Assembly (NCBI GenBank): GCA_964188305.1
Contig: OZ076895.1
Direction: 5' to 3' (one strand)
Origin: Podarcis bocagei
Taxonomy: Eukaryota
DNA length: 64,000 nucleotides
Numbering within the stretch: position 1 is the first letter of the stretch; every line of letters begins with the position of its first letter. Of this stretch, positions 37,943 through 50,157 are shown piece after piece. Both the position numbers and the translations under genes were made by a program. Under the pieces are notes generated by a model. That model did no database searches, was not told the origin of the DNA, and was given only the letters and a program-made list of their open reading frames with translations.

Positions 37943-38343
37943 TTCATTTCTAGAGAGTTAGGTCAAATATTAAATATTGTAGCATTATCAAATTCCATCA
38001 AATATGAACTACTGTTGCATAATAGCCATCAAGTAGTGGTCAAATACTAAATACTATTACATGGCAAATATTAATAATGTCAAATACTGAAATCAAATAT
38101 CATCAACTACACATATCAAATATTCGGTGAATCTTTGGAGAAGAGCTGAATACTCCGGAATCTGTCGGTCAATATTTGACATTAAAAAAAACAACAACCA
38201 TAGAGGAGAATTTTGTTTCAGTTACAGCTAGCAACCCACAGGGTGACTCCAAAAGGAAAAGGTATTTAGACCATTATCACACAACACAAAAAATGCCTTG
38301 GAGCCTCTCTGAGGTGTTCATGTGTGACATGAGTGAATGAGGT

Positions 38344-38455
38344 GAAGAAGAAGAGGAGGAGGAGGAAGAGGAGTCTCAAAGCAGCTAACATTCTCCTTTC
38401 CCTTCCTCCCCCACAACAAACACTCTGTGAGGTGAGTGGGGTTAAGGAAGGACAC
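38344..38455 (-). mobile_element. Squam3/MIR-like CORE-SINE fragment
   Basis: ggagtctcaaagcagctaacattctcctttcccttcctccccacaacaaacactctgtgaggtgagtgggg with purine-rich tail; family from recall. Confidence 0.65.
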
Positions 38456-38689
38456 ATGATGGAAAGGGGTCATTTTAAAACTGAATGTTCATTCTTCCCC
38501 ATGTAGTATCTACATTTTGCATGACTGACCGCCTAACTGCAAAAAGCACTTTTGTGTCAGCCATGAAAACAGCTTTAGATGGAATGGAAAGGTTTTTCTT
38601 CCTATTTTATCCATTCTCCTAATGGACAGTATAATACTTCCAGGCGACCCAAGAAAACATAGTCATATATTAAAGATTGTAACATTTAT

Positions 38690-39480
38690 CAGGATCAGGT
38701 TACTTGAAAGACCACCTTAGTTCTTATATGCCCAACAGATCACTGTGGTCTGCAAGAGAGTAATTCAGAGCAGGGCTTTTAGCAGGGCTGCCCTTGTTTC
38801 CAGCATTTGCATTCCTGTCAATATATGACAGCTGGCCACCATCTGCACTTTCTGGAAACAACTTGTAGTGGTTGAGAGTTACTCATGCGTAATCCTGCCC
38901 CGTTTGAGCATTGGATTGCCTGGTTAAACCCTCCGGACTGCACAGCCCATCTCAGCGTGGCTGCCCTTAGTCACTCATAGAATCTGTCTGTGGGCGTTTC
39001 TTAAAGCGTTGCCAACATAAGAGTTGTTTGACGCCCAATCGTCTCCGCCTCTCACTGCGCGGGAGTCTCCTGCGCAGGGTGGGTGTGGGCAGCGGGGTGC
39101 TTGGGCTCTCCTCACTAACTTCCAACGAAGAGTCCTGGAGCCCCTGCACCTCCCTGTCCTGTTGCTCTCCTGGATCCCTGGTGTTACACTCATTCTCTTC
39201 CCCTTCTTCCCAGCGGAGTCACCCCCTAGCGCTGGGACCTTCTCATGCTGAATCAGAGACCCTCTCCTTCTCCCGTGCCTCTGATGTCAGTTCCCTGACA
39301 CAACTGAAGACATTTTTATTCCAATACTCTGTCCCAGCTGGATAAATGGGTCTTTACTATGAATGTTTGGCTGTTGGGGTTTTAGGCTTGTTTTAAATGT
39401 ACTTGTTGCTTTTCTGTTTTTAACTATTTTAAATTATTTTATATGTAAATTGTCTTGAGATCCTGGTTTAGAAGGTGATT
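38690..39480 (+). mobile_element. Degraded L2 3' fragment split by solo LTR
   Basis: GSGYLKDHL upstream; joining across the LTR gives TFWKQLKTFLFQ. Confidence 0.7.
38864..39300 (-). mobile_element. Solo LTR (probably Gypsy), 437 bp
   Basis: tgta...gaca (TG..CA) termini; perfect 5-bp TSD caact at 38859-38863 and 39301-39305; CpG-rich. Confidence 0.88.
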
Positions 39481-42400
39481 AATTAATCAATGTTCACCAC
39501 CATCATCAAATACTGTCATATACGTGTGAATGCATCACAGCAAACAGGAAGCTGTCAATATTATTGAAGGACAAATAATGCTGTAAAATACTGAAATCAA
39601 ATCAATATTTCAAGTAATGAAATTTAATTAAATGCAAATATCAAAAGGAGGAAAGGGAACAAATGTTGTTTCCCTGAGAGAAAACATCGTGCTTTATAGA
39701 AAACAAACACAACTGTAATCTCCCTTCAGATATATTCCAAAATATTACCAGGTGACAATTTCATCTAGTTGATTGCCTTCTGTTTAAAACTCCTCTGATC
39801 TTTTAGAGTTTGTATTGTTTGCTCTTTCATGTTTGTGGATCATAAAAGAGATCAAATGAGAATGATGTGATGGCAATTTGACAAAATTGCTCAAAAAAGA
39901 TATTAGCTGGGAAAATGCAGATAAGAGCATGTTTGATAAAAGCAACTGGTGGGGAATTCTTCTCCAAATGGAGAATATCTAGGGCAATGTTGCTGTCCCT
40001 GAATTGGGGGCAGAATTTTGGGTGACTGTTTTCTTAGTTCTTGCTCCTCAGCTGAGCCAAAATCTCTCAGAAAATGTGCTTTTTCTGATATGCTTTCTGA
40101 GAATTTGTTTTCGAATGAGGGTGTGCCTTGTACCTTTCAACTTCTGTTTCTTCCCTCTGCCTATTTCGTTCTCTGGAGTACAGAAAAACAGGCAGATTAG
40201 AATCCCTAAATCATAGCATGGGAAGCTGGCTGATAGGACAGTTTGGCCGGCTCCATGCTTGTTGCAGAGGTTCAGAAGGACAGCATCCCCAACCAATGGC
40301 TCTCCAGCAAGAGCAAGCCTGCCCACTCCCCTCTAGAACATGGCTTTCACCATCAAACTGCTGTGGCCAACAAGGAATGTTTCCTGATATTCAGCCAAAA
40401 TGTACCCTTCTGTAACTTAACTTGCCCTGTCTTTTGGGGCTTCAGAGATCAAGCCCTTTTCTCTCTGTGTGAGACAGTCCTTCAAGTATTTGAAGAGTGC
40501 TATCATGTCTCCCTTCTCTCTCTCTCTCTCTCTCTCTCTTCCAGGTGATACATAGCCTTTTATTTCAACCTCCTCCCTCTAGGACTTGTTTGCCCTACCA
40601 CTTCCCCCCTCTGAACTCATTCCAATTTGTTGATATCATTGTAAAGTGTAGCACCTCAGACTGGACACTGTACTCTAGAGAAGGTCTGACTAACAGCATC
40701 TTAATGTGGTAATGGGGGGAAGTTATATGAAACTAGTAGCAGAGATTTCTGCTGGGGTATTAGCTGCCAGGGGAAATCATGGAGAAAAATGGGCCATTTA
40801 GACATTATGGAGGATCAAATAAAGACACAAGGAAGTGGGTCAACAGTTCCACTAAACCACCAGACAAAGTATAATAATGCTCATGTTTCAGGGTGTAAAT
40901 GATTGCCTGTCATAGTTGCTGTCTTTTACAGCATTACAGTATGCTGGGTTTCAATTCTTCCCTCTGAAGAGATAGTACCACTTCCTTAATTGCATTGCTT
41001 GTAAAATTAATACAGATGAAGAGAATGTGGGTATGTGGATCTGCTGCTGTCAGACAGCCAACATGAAAAGTTAACCTTTATATGGAAGTTTTTATTACAT
41101 TGCCTACAGGATTCAATATGGCAGTTGTGTCATCGTTTCCTGTTGGAAAATCTAGCAACACTGAATAAAGGAGAGTGTTAAGAATAATTTCCATAGCTCT
41201 TTGATGGCAAAGTCAGTGATACCGAGTTAAATGATGGATACTCTCAAGGAAGTATGAAGAGGATTATGCAATTGTGCTTGTACAATTTGGGGACCATCTA
41301 AGTCCAACTGCCTGCTCAATGCATGATCTGCAGTGCTGAATGCATCTATGATATACTGACAAATGGATGTCCAGCCTGAGATTCTGCATAAATATCAGCA
41401 AAGGAGAGCCAACTCCACACCCAAAAGACACTCTGTTTCACTGTTGTAGAAACCATGCCATTAGAAAGCATCTCATATTGTTTTCTGAAATCTGCTTCTT
41501 CACATTAATTCTACTACTGTTCTCTGAAGTAGCAGAGAACAAGTCTGCATGACAGTCTTTCAGATATGCAAAGACATGATCTCATCCGTCATGACATCAA
41601 TCTGACAAGCTGGTTCCTGTTTCTGAAAACTGAGGTTGTGAGCCAATGGTCAAGAAAGGGTTGAATCCAGTGCTCCCAGGTCTCAGCCCAACCATATGGT
41701 GACACCATCAGATGCTAAAGGACGTTTTGAAGTATTTTTCTTTGTTATTCCAGGTCGGGAAGATTCAAGAAATAGTATTTCTATGCCTCTGGGAGTTGAG
41801 AGAACATTTTGACAAAGTGTCTGCTCTAGCTACCTTGACATAAATCCAGTGCAATATAGTGCCAAAAATAGCTAAGATTCAGTTTTATTGTGTGGCTGGG
41901 GATTTAATCCATGAATGCAGATTGGAAGAATTAATGGCTGTTTGAAAAGGAGTAGTGGGGAAAAGTACCCAAGAAGATATGTGGTGACATCCACAGGCTT
42001 GGTAGTACATGTGATACGGCGAGATTTGCTTCCCTAAATGCCTTACCTGTGCAGGAAAGGGCTTCAGAATAAGAGCCCAGTTACTTCACTGGCATTTTTA
42101 ATAAACTAAGTTTGGAATTCTGCTCTAGGCATAGACTTGTCATCAGCCCCATGGAGATGTCTTGGAGAGGCTTGTCTGCTTAAGAATAGGGGTGGGAGGA
42201 GCTTGAGGAGCTGGAGTTTGGTGAGGGACAGGGGTCTTAAAGAATCTAGTCCAACTCTTTGCCATCACTCTTCCTCACTCAGCCCTCAAGTAATATTCTC
42301 CTCTCCTATAGAGCTGTGCTAACCTCCTAGAGCTGTGCTGCTCGTCAGACAACACTATGTTCTCTGTTGTATACAACAGACCTAAAGACTGATTTTACAA

Positions 42401-44129
42401 GAGCCTTTTGTCCTAACACTCTGGAAAATCAAGCATCCTGTCAATTTTATTCTGCAGCCTGTCACAAACATTGGAAAGTGCAGCAAAAGTGTAAGGGGGC
42501 GGAAAATGATATTGTAGAGGATTCACTAGGTGGCAACAGAATGACAGAACAGAAAGCTCATTGCAATGTATGTCAAGACATCCACCACTGCACTTCCATC
42601 CTAAGTGGATGTCTCAAGTGCATACCCAGTCAGAACAGAGCATTTGAGAACCTTCTTCTAACCGCCATTCTGTCTTGCATCAGAATTTTCCTTCTCCTAG
42701 ATGGGCTACCTTCCCAGGTTGATGATCCCCATCTGCCCCTTGCTTCCCTCTACAGAAACAGCCTTCTTGACTGTTGGACCTTGAGCCTAGCCTGGCAGTA
42801 TCAGGGCAACATCCATGGAGAAGCACTCTGGTGCATGCAAACTCCACAAACATGCGGAGATCACAAACAGTGACATGCAATGAAATTTTCTGTAAGGGAA
42901 TAGTTATGTCTAGAGGCGCCAGCTTGTGAGGGTGATGGGGAGGGTTGATGTCATGCATGTGAGCATCGTGCCTCCCTCCCCAGCCAGGGCAGAAGCTTCC
43001 ACTCACCGCACGCCACTACTAGTAAACATAGAGGAAGTTCCATCCTGGAATAATTCAGTAAAGCAAGTACAACAGAAACTTCTTTTTCCCTTGCTGTTTC
43101 CACAACCCTTCTATTCTCTTTAAACCAAGTGCATTAAACTTCAACAAAGCACCTCTTTGTTCTAGTCAGCCTTGAAGGTTTAGTTTCTGAAAACAAATGG
43201 GATACTACTTTGTCATAATGGGGTTTCATTTTCATACTGCTTAGTTGGATAGTAATTACAGTGCGGTGTAGGTGGGGGAGAGAAAAAGAAGGTATGTCCT
43301 AAATGGTTAATGATCCTCGGCAAGCAATCTGTCCAAAGAAGGAAAGATTTCTCCCGTACTCTGGAAATTGATCTATAATCTTGTTCTGCTTCATTGGTGT
43401 TCTTGGCCCTTCCCCACCTTTCCTTGTAGGGTTGCAAGTGCATCTGATGAAACTGCCTGGTATTATTTATCAGCACATCGCCAAGCCATCAGGCAATACT
43501 TCTGTTAATTTCAGTGTATTTTCTTGGCCATATAGAGAGGAAAGCAACCAGGGTTTAGAAATGTATGGATGAGATTCTCCTTACAGCCCAGGGGGTGTTA
43601 GCTCTGATAAGTAGTGAAAACTGGAAGCAAGAAAGAGTTTCCAAGTGATTCTGAAATATATTGCTTTCAGACATTCCTGATTGCAGGGAGCAGCCTGCTC
43701 TTCAGAAAGGACAGGATGGTTGCAACTTGGGATACGGTGGGAAATGAGTTCTCATTTTTATGTAAAAGTGCCAAATCCACACTTCATGGACCAATACAAG
43801 GACCAAAATGCAGCTATACTTCAAAGTTTTGTTAATATGTATAAAAATGAATATATTTGGGGAAATGGCATACAAAAACAAAATACATTGCATATGGGAA
43901 GACTGGTAACAAAAAATTGTACATTAGGCAAAATGTGTATTTTAGGAGATATGTCCACAAAAGTATACTGATGTGGAAATGGGGCAAACTGAACTTAAGA
44001 CTGGAAAAAGATGAAAAGGGGGAGAAACTGAAATTGATGCATAGAAACTGAAATTGACAGATTCACCCAACCATGAACAAGGGCAATTTTGGTTGTATAC
44101 CCAGTCTCAAAGCACTATTAAATTTGCTC

Positions 44130-44600
44130 GGTAAGGGGGATGTCCTGTTGTGTTTTCTTTTTGGTCAGAAATTATTTCTTGTATCAACTTGGTCTTGGGA
44201 GAAATCCTTTATATTTGTGGATGTTTACGTACTCTTAAATTATATTCCTGCGGTATGGAGGACAAAGAAAAGGACAACAAAAGTGGGCTCTGCAAACCTT
44301 TGTGGTGGCTAAGAGACTTACACAACAAAGCTGGAAGGACATAAATCCATCATTCAGTAGTTTGAAGATCTCACCACCCTTTCGACATTTGAATGTATGG
44401 CTTATAATCACCAATTGCATTTAAACACCTAATTGGAATGCTTATATTAATGTATATGTTTTAATCATAATTGGTGCAGTATTCTTATTGTCAATGTCAG
44501 CTAGCAATAGATTTTTTTGTTGCTATTTTGTTCTCATTATTGCTTGTGTTTGTTTTTCTTTTCTTTTTTCTTACAATTGCAAATTAAAAATGGGGGGAGA
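44130..44600 (+). mobile_element. Degraded L1/Tx1-like 3' fragment
   Basis: Fragmentary FWSEI.., LLNYIP, AKRLTQQSWK, FEDLTTLSTFECMAY; T-rich UTR and A-rich end. Confidence 0.55.
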
Positions 44601-45472
44601 TTAAAAAGAATTTTTGGAAAATGCTTAGTAAATGCTATAAGTAACTTTAATAGTTCATTTTTTAAAAAATGATGGCTTACAAAAACATTGTGAGAACTCT
44701 AGGGATATGGCTACCTCTACATTTCTAAAAAGAGTGTTCCATTCTTGGACAACATTCATCAATTTAGCACCTGCCTCACACTTCAGATGGTGCTACCCAC
44801 CATCCCTCTTTCTTCCCTCAAATATACTGATGGGAAAGCTTCCCTGGCTTAAACAAGAATTGGTTTGGTATTCATGAGCTCTCCTAAAAACATATTGGGA
44901 AGGAAATCTCCTGAGAATTTTCTTCCAGTCCATAATGTTGGTGCATGCATGTTGATGCACACATGAACCTTATTGGACCCTTTGCTGGAAATTGTAGCAT
45001 TCAATTTACCTCCTTACTTTCTCCCAAAAACCATATATAGGGAGAAGATGAGTCTTTTAATCTGGAATAGGAGAAAATAATCATGGAAACTAACCCAAGG
45101 AGTGAAAACACCAACAAAAGACTACTTGGTCAGGTGTTCAGGTTGCATAAGGCATGTTCAGAAATATGCCTCAACAAATGAACACTGTATCCAGGGATGG
45201 GAAGCAGGGATGTGAAAGAACTGTGAGCTCAATTCAGTTCTGGTACTATTTTTACCCTCTTGTGCTAAGAATTATTTCATTCTTTTGAGCCAAGTTCCAA
45301 CTGGTGTAACTTGGGGTTCTATTAAATAACAAAAATGGACCCTGAAAGCCTGGAGACTTCTCAGTCCTGGCATCCACAAATGATGCTAAACAGGTCAGTG
45401 GAACAGCACATACATTTCATGAAGTAGATCCCACGTTCCAATTCCTGGCATCTCCGATGAAAAATGATCAGG

Positions 45473-45878
45473 CAGATGGAAAGAAGACAAAGTCCCAATC
45501 AGAGAAGAATGGCAGACCAAGTTGACAATCTATGCTGAAATGGCAAAAATGATGGAAAAGATCAGAAATCAGGAAGACCATTTTTTTTTTGTTCATTAAG
45601 GACTGGAATAGTTTTATAACATATCTTAGAGACCACTGTAAACAGTTGAAAACATTAGCAGAAATACAGTAACACTTGTAAAGTAACATGAACTTTGGAT
45701 ACTATGGATAGATTACAGTGAGAGATGCAGGAATAAAATTTAGAAATGGAACCCATGGAAGGAGGGAGGGAGGTCTGAAAGTTCGAGAGAACCTTTTGTT
45801 TTTTCTTTGGAATTGTTATGTTTGTTGTATATGATTATTATGCCAAACTAAATAAAGAAATTACAAAAGAAAAGAAAA
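45473..45878 (+). mobile_element. 5'-truncated L1-clade LINE with TSD
   Basis: RWKEDKVPIREEWQTKL..AEMAK..IRNQ aligns with the ORF at 11259-11786; AATAAA plus A-rich tail; 14-bp TSD gaaaaatgatcagg at 45459-45472 and 45879-45892. Confidence 0.9.
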
Positions 45879-47195
45879 GAAAAATGATCAGGGAGCAGAC
45901 CTCTGCCAAAGACCCTGGAGAGTCACTGTCAATACTAGGCTAGATGAACAAATAGTCCAACATGGCAGGATGCAGCTTCCTATACTAGTAAGTAAGTAAT
46001 AACAACCTCACTAAGATTGATAAATCATTGCCTCCACCAGCTGCATTTGGAATACTAACCTTACGCCCCGCCACACACACTAAATATTACTTCCAAATTT
46101 GGGCTGTTTTATGTGCATATGCCAGGCTTAACAACTGCTGTAGTTTGTATTCCCTATGGGCCTATTGAATCCTCAGAACTGCAGTGTCCTCTGATTTCCT
46201 TTTCTCCTCTCAAACCCCGTAAGGAATGAATGAGACACAACTTTAGGTATGGTGCACAGCCCTGCTTGTCACCAGCTTGTGTGTAAACAAATAGATTTGA
46301 TTGTAATCTGTACAATGCAGCCTATCAAAAGCATTGTTTTCCCTATACAATGCCTACTTCTGATTTTGTGGAATCAACAAACACTTTGAAGAAGGGGAAC
46401 AATGTAATCAAGGGAAGCGATGTAAAGGATATTAATTTTGAATTTCATTCAAAATGTGAATTCCATTCTGTGTCTGTTTTTACTTCTTTTTCTTTTTTGC
46501 TGTGAGCAAAAGGTTAACCACTCTCCTGTGCAATGGGCAGTTCCAGGAAATGGACATTGTAATCAGCTGCTTTGAATGTTATTGCTGCCAATAAATCCAG
46601 GTTAATAAGAAGGTCTGCACTGTTTACTGCAAGCACTGAAACTCATGTTCAGATATACAAAGAAAAGTATGTATGTATCCATATCCATATCCACACAGAC
46701 ACGCATGCACATTGGAGGGTATGGATACTATGCACTGCCTCTGGCCTGGCCAGGCCAAGTGTAGCATAAGTCTGCTCTTGCTAAGCACCCATGCAGAGTT
46801 TCAAAAAGAACTAGCTCTCTTAATGGAATGGCAGCAAAGTTTAAATGGCTGGAATGATTTTAATGGCTGCTGCTTAAGCATCATAATCGAAAAAGCAAGC
46901 AAGGACAACTAAAATCAAATTCCTTTAGTTGTGGCACAACCAGGATATTCAGGCCTATGAACATTGGAGCCTAAGCCTGAGACAGTTGAGGAGATAGATA
47001 TCTGGTAGGCTTTTCTCCTGCCCACTGGGGAGCAAGTGGGGAGGCAGCAAGGAGGTTGTCTGGTGCAAATGCAGAAGAGCTGCATTGAGTTGGCCAGTGC
47101 ATTTGGACCATGCTGGCCTTTCTGTCTCCCCTCACCTCCCCATCTCATAAGCAGCAGCGACTCAGATATGTGCATCCTACCAGTGTGCCAATGCC

Positions 47196-47690
47196 TGTCA
47201 GGGGGCAGAGGAAGCAACTCCCACGCCAGGTTGCCGGGAACAGATAAGACAAAGAAAAGTTCTTACCAGTTGCTTTTTATTCAATATTTACAGAGAGAGG
47301 CTTGGAATGCAGCCTCTTGGAATAATGGCGTTGTCTTGAGTGACTGTCCACCCTCTTTTTCTCCCACTTCCTAATTTTTCATCATCTCCTCTATGGGTGG
47401 CGCCGAGGGCTCTTTGCTTCTGAGCCCTTTGCTCTACTACTTTCAAGACTCACCGGGTGCTGCGAGAGGGGAGCTCTGGAATGCTTTCTAAAGACACTGT
47501 GTCTCTCAGCTGTTGCCCTCCTGGTGCTTCCTTCTCCTCCTTTCCCATTATTTCCCAGCTTTCCCCCTCATCTGCCTCTGAGCTGTGACCTCCCTCAACC
47601 CCCTGTTGTAATTCTGAACTGTCTTCTTCTCTGGAAGGGTCATGCTGGGGAGGCGGTCTTCACCATTCCTCCTTTGCCCAGTCCCTGACA
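47196..47690 (-). mobile_element. Solo LTR (probably Gypsy), 495 bp
   Basis: tgtcaggg...ccctgaca inverted termini; AATAAA on minus strand near 47276-47281; related to 36875-37384; TSD imperfect (atgcc/atggt). Confidence 0.8.
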
Positions 47691-47742
47691 ATGGTTACTG
47701 GTCAGAGCTGAAATTCAGGCAGGAGTCAGGAGCAAACCAGAC

Positions 47743-48028
47743 TTAGAATCGTAGAGTTGGAAGGGACCCTGAGGATCGTCTAGTCCAGCCTTTCTCAACC
47801 TTGGGTCCTCAGATGTTTTTGACCTACAACTCCTATCATCCCTGACCACTGGTCCTGTGAGCTAGGGATCATGGGAGTTGTAGACAAAAAACATTTGGGG
47901 ACCCAAGGCTGAGAACCACTGGTCTAGTCCAATCCCCTGTAATGCAGGAATATACAGCTGCTCCATACTGGGATCGAACCTGCAACCTTGGCATTATCAG
48001 CATCATGCTCCTACCAACTGAACTGTCC
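47743..48028 (-). mobile_element. SINE with tRNA-Ile-like head and CR1-derived tail, split by hAT MITE
   Basis: Minus strand tcagttggtaggagcatgatgctgataatgccaaggttgcaggttcgatccc resembles tRNA-Ile(AAT); tail ggtcccttccaactctacgattct. Confidence 0.82.
47786..47921. mobile_element. hAT (Charlie-like) palindromic MITE
   Basis: cag...ctg termini, near-palindromic; perfect 8-bp TSD gtctagtc at 47778-47785 and 47922-47929; related relics near 13350-13480, 20100-20445, 31438-31565, 53720-53845. Confidence 0.9.
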
Positions 48029-49768
48029 ATATAGTGGCCATGGCACAAAGAAGCCAGCCAGATTGGGAACATCATGTTGGGAGGCTCCTGTAACCACTAT
48101 GATGCAGTTGGCCTTGCCTTCCTCTCCATCTCCCGACCCTCATCATGATGAGGTGCCTTCCTCTGGAGCCCACAGCATTTCCTTTTCTGGTTAAGTTCTA
48201 TTGCCATGGCAAAGCACCAGGTATTTTTAAACATCAGGCAAGTGTTCTGTCTCAATTTAATCTAGGGAATCCCCACCTTCCCGGCTTCAGAAAGAGTGTT
48301 CAGGATGGATTAGCTTAGAAAGCAAAGTCCAGATGGCTCTATGAAGTGTTTTTCATTATAATTATGCCATGTCCCACTGCAGAAATAGTTTTGCAAAGCA
48401 TTCTGGTGTTATTGGGCCCCGGAGAGCATGAGGCACATACTTATGCTGCTGTCACCTGCTTTGAAAGCCCCAGGACCACCCTCTTGTTCCCCGTGAAATG
48501 GTTTGAACTATTAACAGATGGCTATTATGGGATCAGAAAGGAACAGATCAGAAGTTCAGTGGTCCTAAGGGGGGTTAGCAAATGTTCCCAGCAGGAAGGT
48601 GTCAATGGAGTTTTAATTTCCACGTGTATTGTAGCTTGCCACTTCCCAGACGTCACATAAACTGGAGCCTCAGCAGACTCACAGCAGGACCGGGTTATCA
48701 GATTCCATTCAAAGGCTCAGTTTGAATCTGCAAGAATATTAAGTTAACAGCAGTAGTTAACCATCAGCAACTGCTATTATGAGTCAGAATGGAAGCAGTG
48801 GGTATTTGCTCCACAGCAAAGGAAACACAGTTTAAGCGAGCAGAAATGTAACCTGCATTTTTTATATAACTAGGTAGAGATTCCAAGATTAGCAGTAGGG
48901 ATGGGTGGGGAAGACCTATGAGAAATGTTGCCAGTCCAAATTCAGGGACATGTGTTGAGGGGGAATGGAGGGCTGTTCAAGACCTTGTTGCTAACATACA
49001 GCACTGAACAATGTGGTACCACGTTACCTCAAGGACTGTCTGTCCCTGTGTTGACTTAGTTCTTCTCTTGAACTTTTATTCATGGCACCACAGCTTACAG
49101 AAGATCATAGGATGGTGATCCCCAAATGGGCATTTTCTGCTGTTACCTGCTAAATTTTGGGATGGTTTTCCCTCTGCTATACCTGAAGCATAATCCATTA
49201 TTTGCTTTAGATGTCTTGCAAATACATTTTTTTGTGTATTTTCCCCTGATCCACAAGAATGAATAATGTATCACTGGATTTCTGTTTTTGTGATATTGTT
49301 TTCATGTGGATTTGTATTGTTTCTACACTACTTAGATTTTTTTTTAAAAAAAAGCAACAACAACTATGTGGTTTAGAAAGATTTTTAAATAGATTGATAG
49401 ACCGTGTTGCTACTTTGGTACAATGATTGCATCATTTAATTAATCCAGCATGGATGTGTGTGCCCAGCACATCCTGTCCCTTTCAGAGTGGCTGGACCCC
49501 ACCACACTATGAACCCACCAATGGAACTGGGACATCTCAAATTAATTTTAGGCTGGGGGTGGCAAGATTAGAAAGTCATATGGATGGAAAATCCTGGTGG
49601 ATTGGATGTTTTCCAAAATCAGTCACGTCAGTGATGGACTTGGGTAATATGGCACCCTTTGTGAGACCAAAAAGACACTAAAAAATTGGCTGACTGATTG
49701 CCCACAAAACTACCCTAGATTAAGATATATTACCCTAAAGTAGCTTGGTTGTCTGCACGAAGAATTGT

Positions 49769-50157
49769 AAAGGCAAAGGTAAAGGACCTCCTGGACAGTT
49801 AAGTCCAGTCAAAGGTGACCATGGGGTTGCGGCACTCATCTCGCTTTCAGGCTGAGGGACCCAGCGTTTGTCCACAGACAGCTTTCCAGGTCATGTGGCC
49901 AGCATGACTAAACCACTTCTGGCACAACAGAACACCGTGACGGAAACCAGAGTGCATGGAAATGCTGTTTACCTTCCTGTTGCACCAGTACCTATTTATC
50001 TACTTGCGTTGGCGTGCTTTCAAACTGCTAGGTTTGCAGGAGCTGGGACCGAGCAATAGGAGCTCACCCCATCGCGGAGATATGAACTGTCGATCTTCTG
50101 ATCGAAAAGCCCAAGGGGCTCAGAGGTTTAGACCACAGTGCCACCCGCATCCCTGAT
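49769..50157 (-). mobile_element. Full-length Sauria SINE
   Basis: Head gggatgcgggtggcactgtgg on minus strand, (ACCTTT)-like tail; 12-bp TSD acgaagaattgt at 49757-49768 and 50158-50169. Confidence 0.95.

Noticed and set aside
42367-42873. 168-aa plus-strand ORF
   Set aside because: No recognisable domain or clear splice context; consistent with a chance ORF
36875-47690. Single full-length LTR retrotransposon bounded by the LTRs at 36875 and 47196
   Set aside because: The LTRs are too divergent, at least two of the three have their own TSD-like flanks, and no gag/pol lies between them
47965-48028. Functional tRNA-Ile gene (likewise tRNA-Lys at ~6502-6562)
   Set aside because: Acceptor stems are missing or mutated and both are fused to CR1-derived tails, so they are SINE heads
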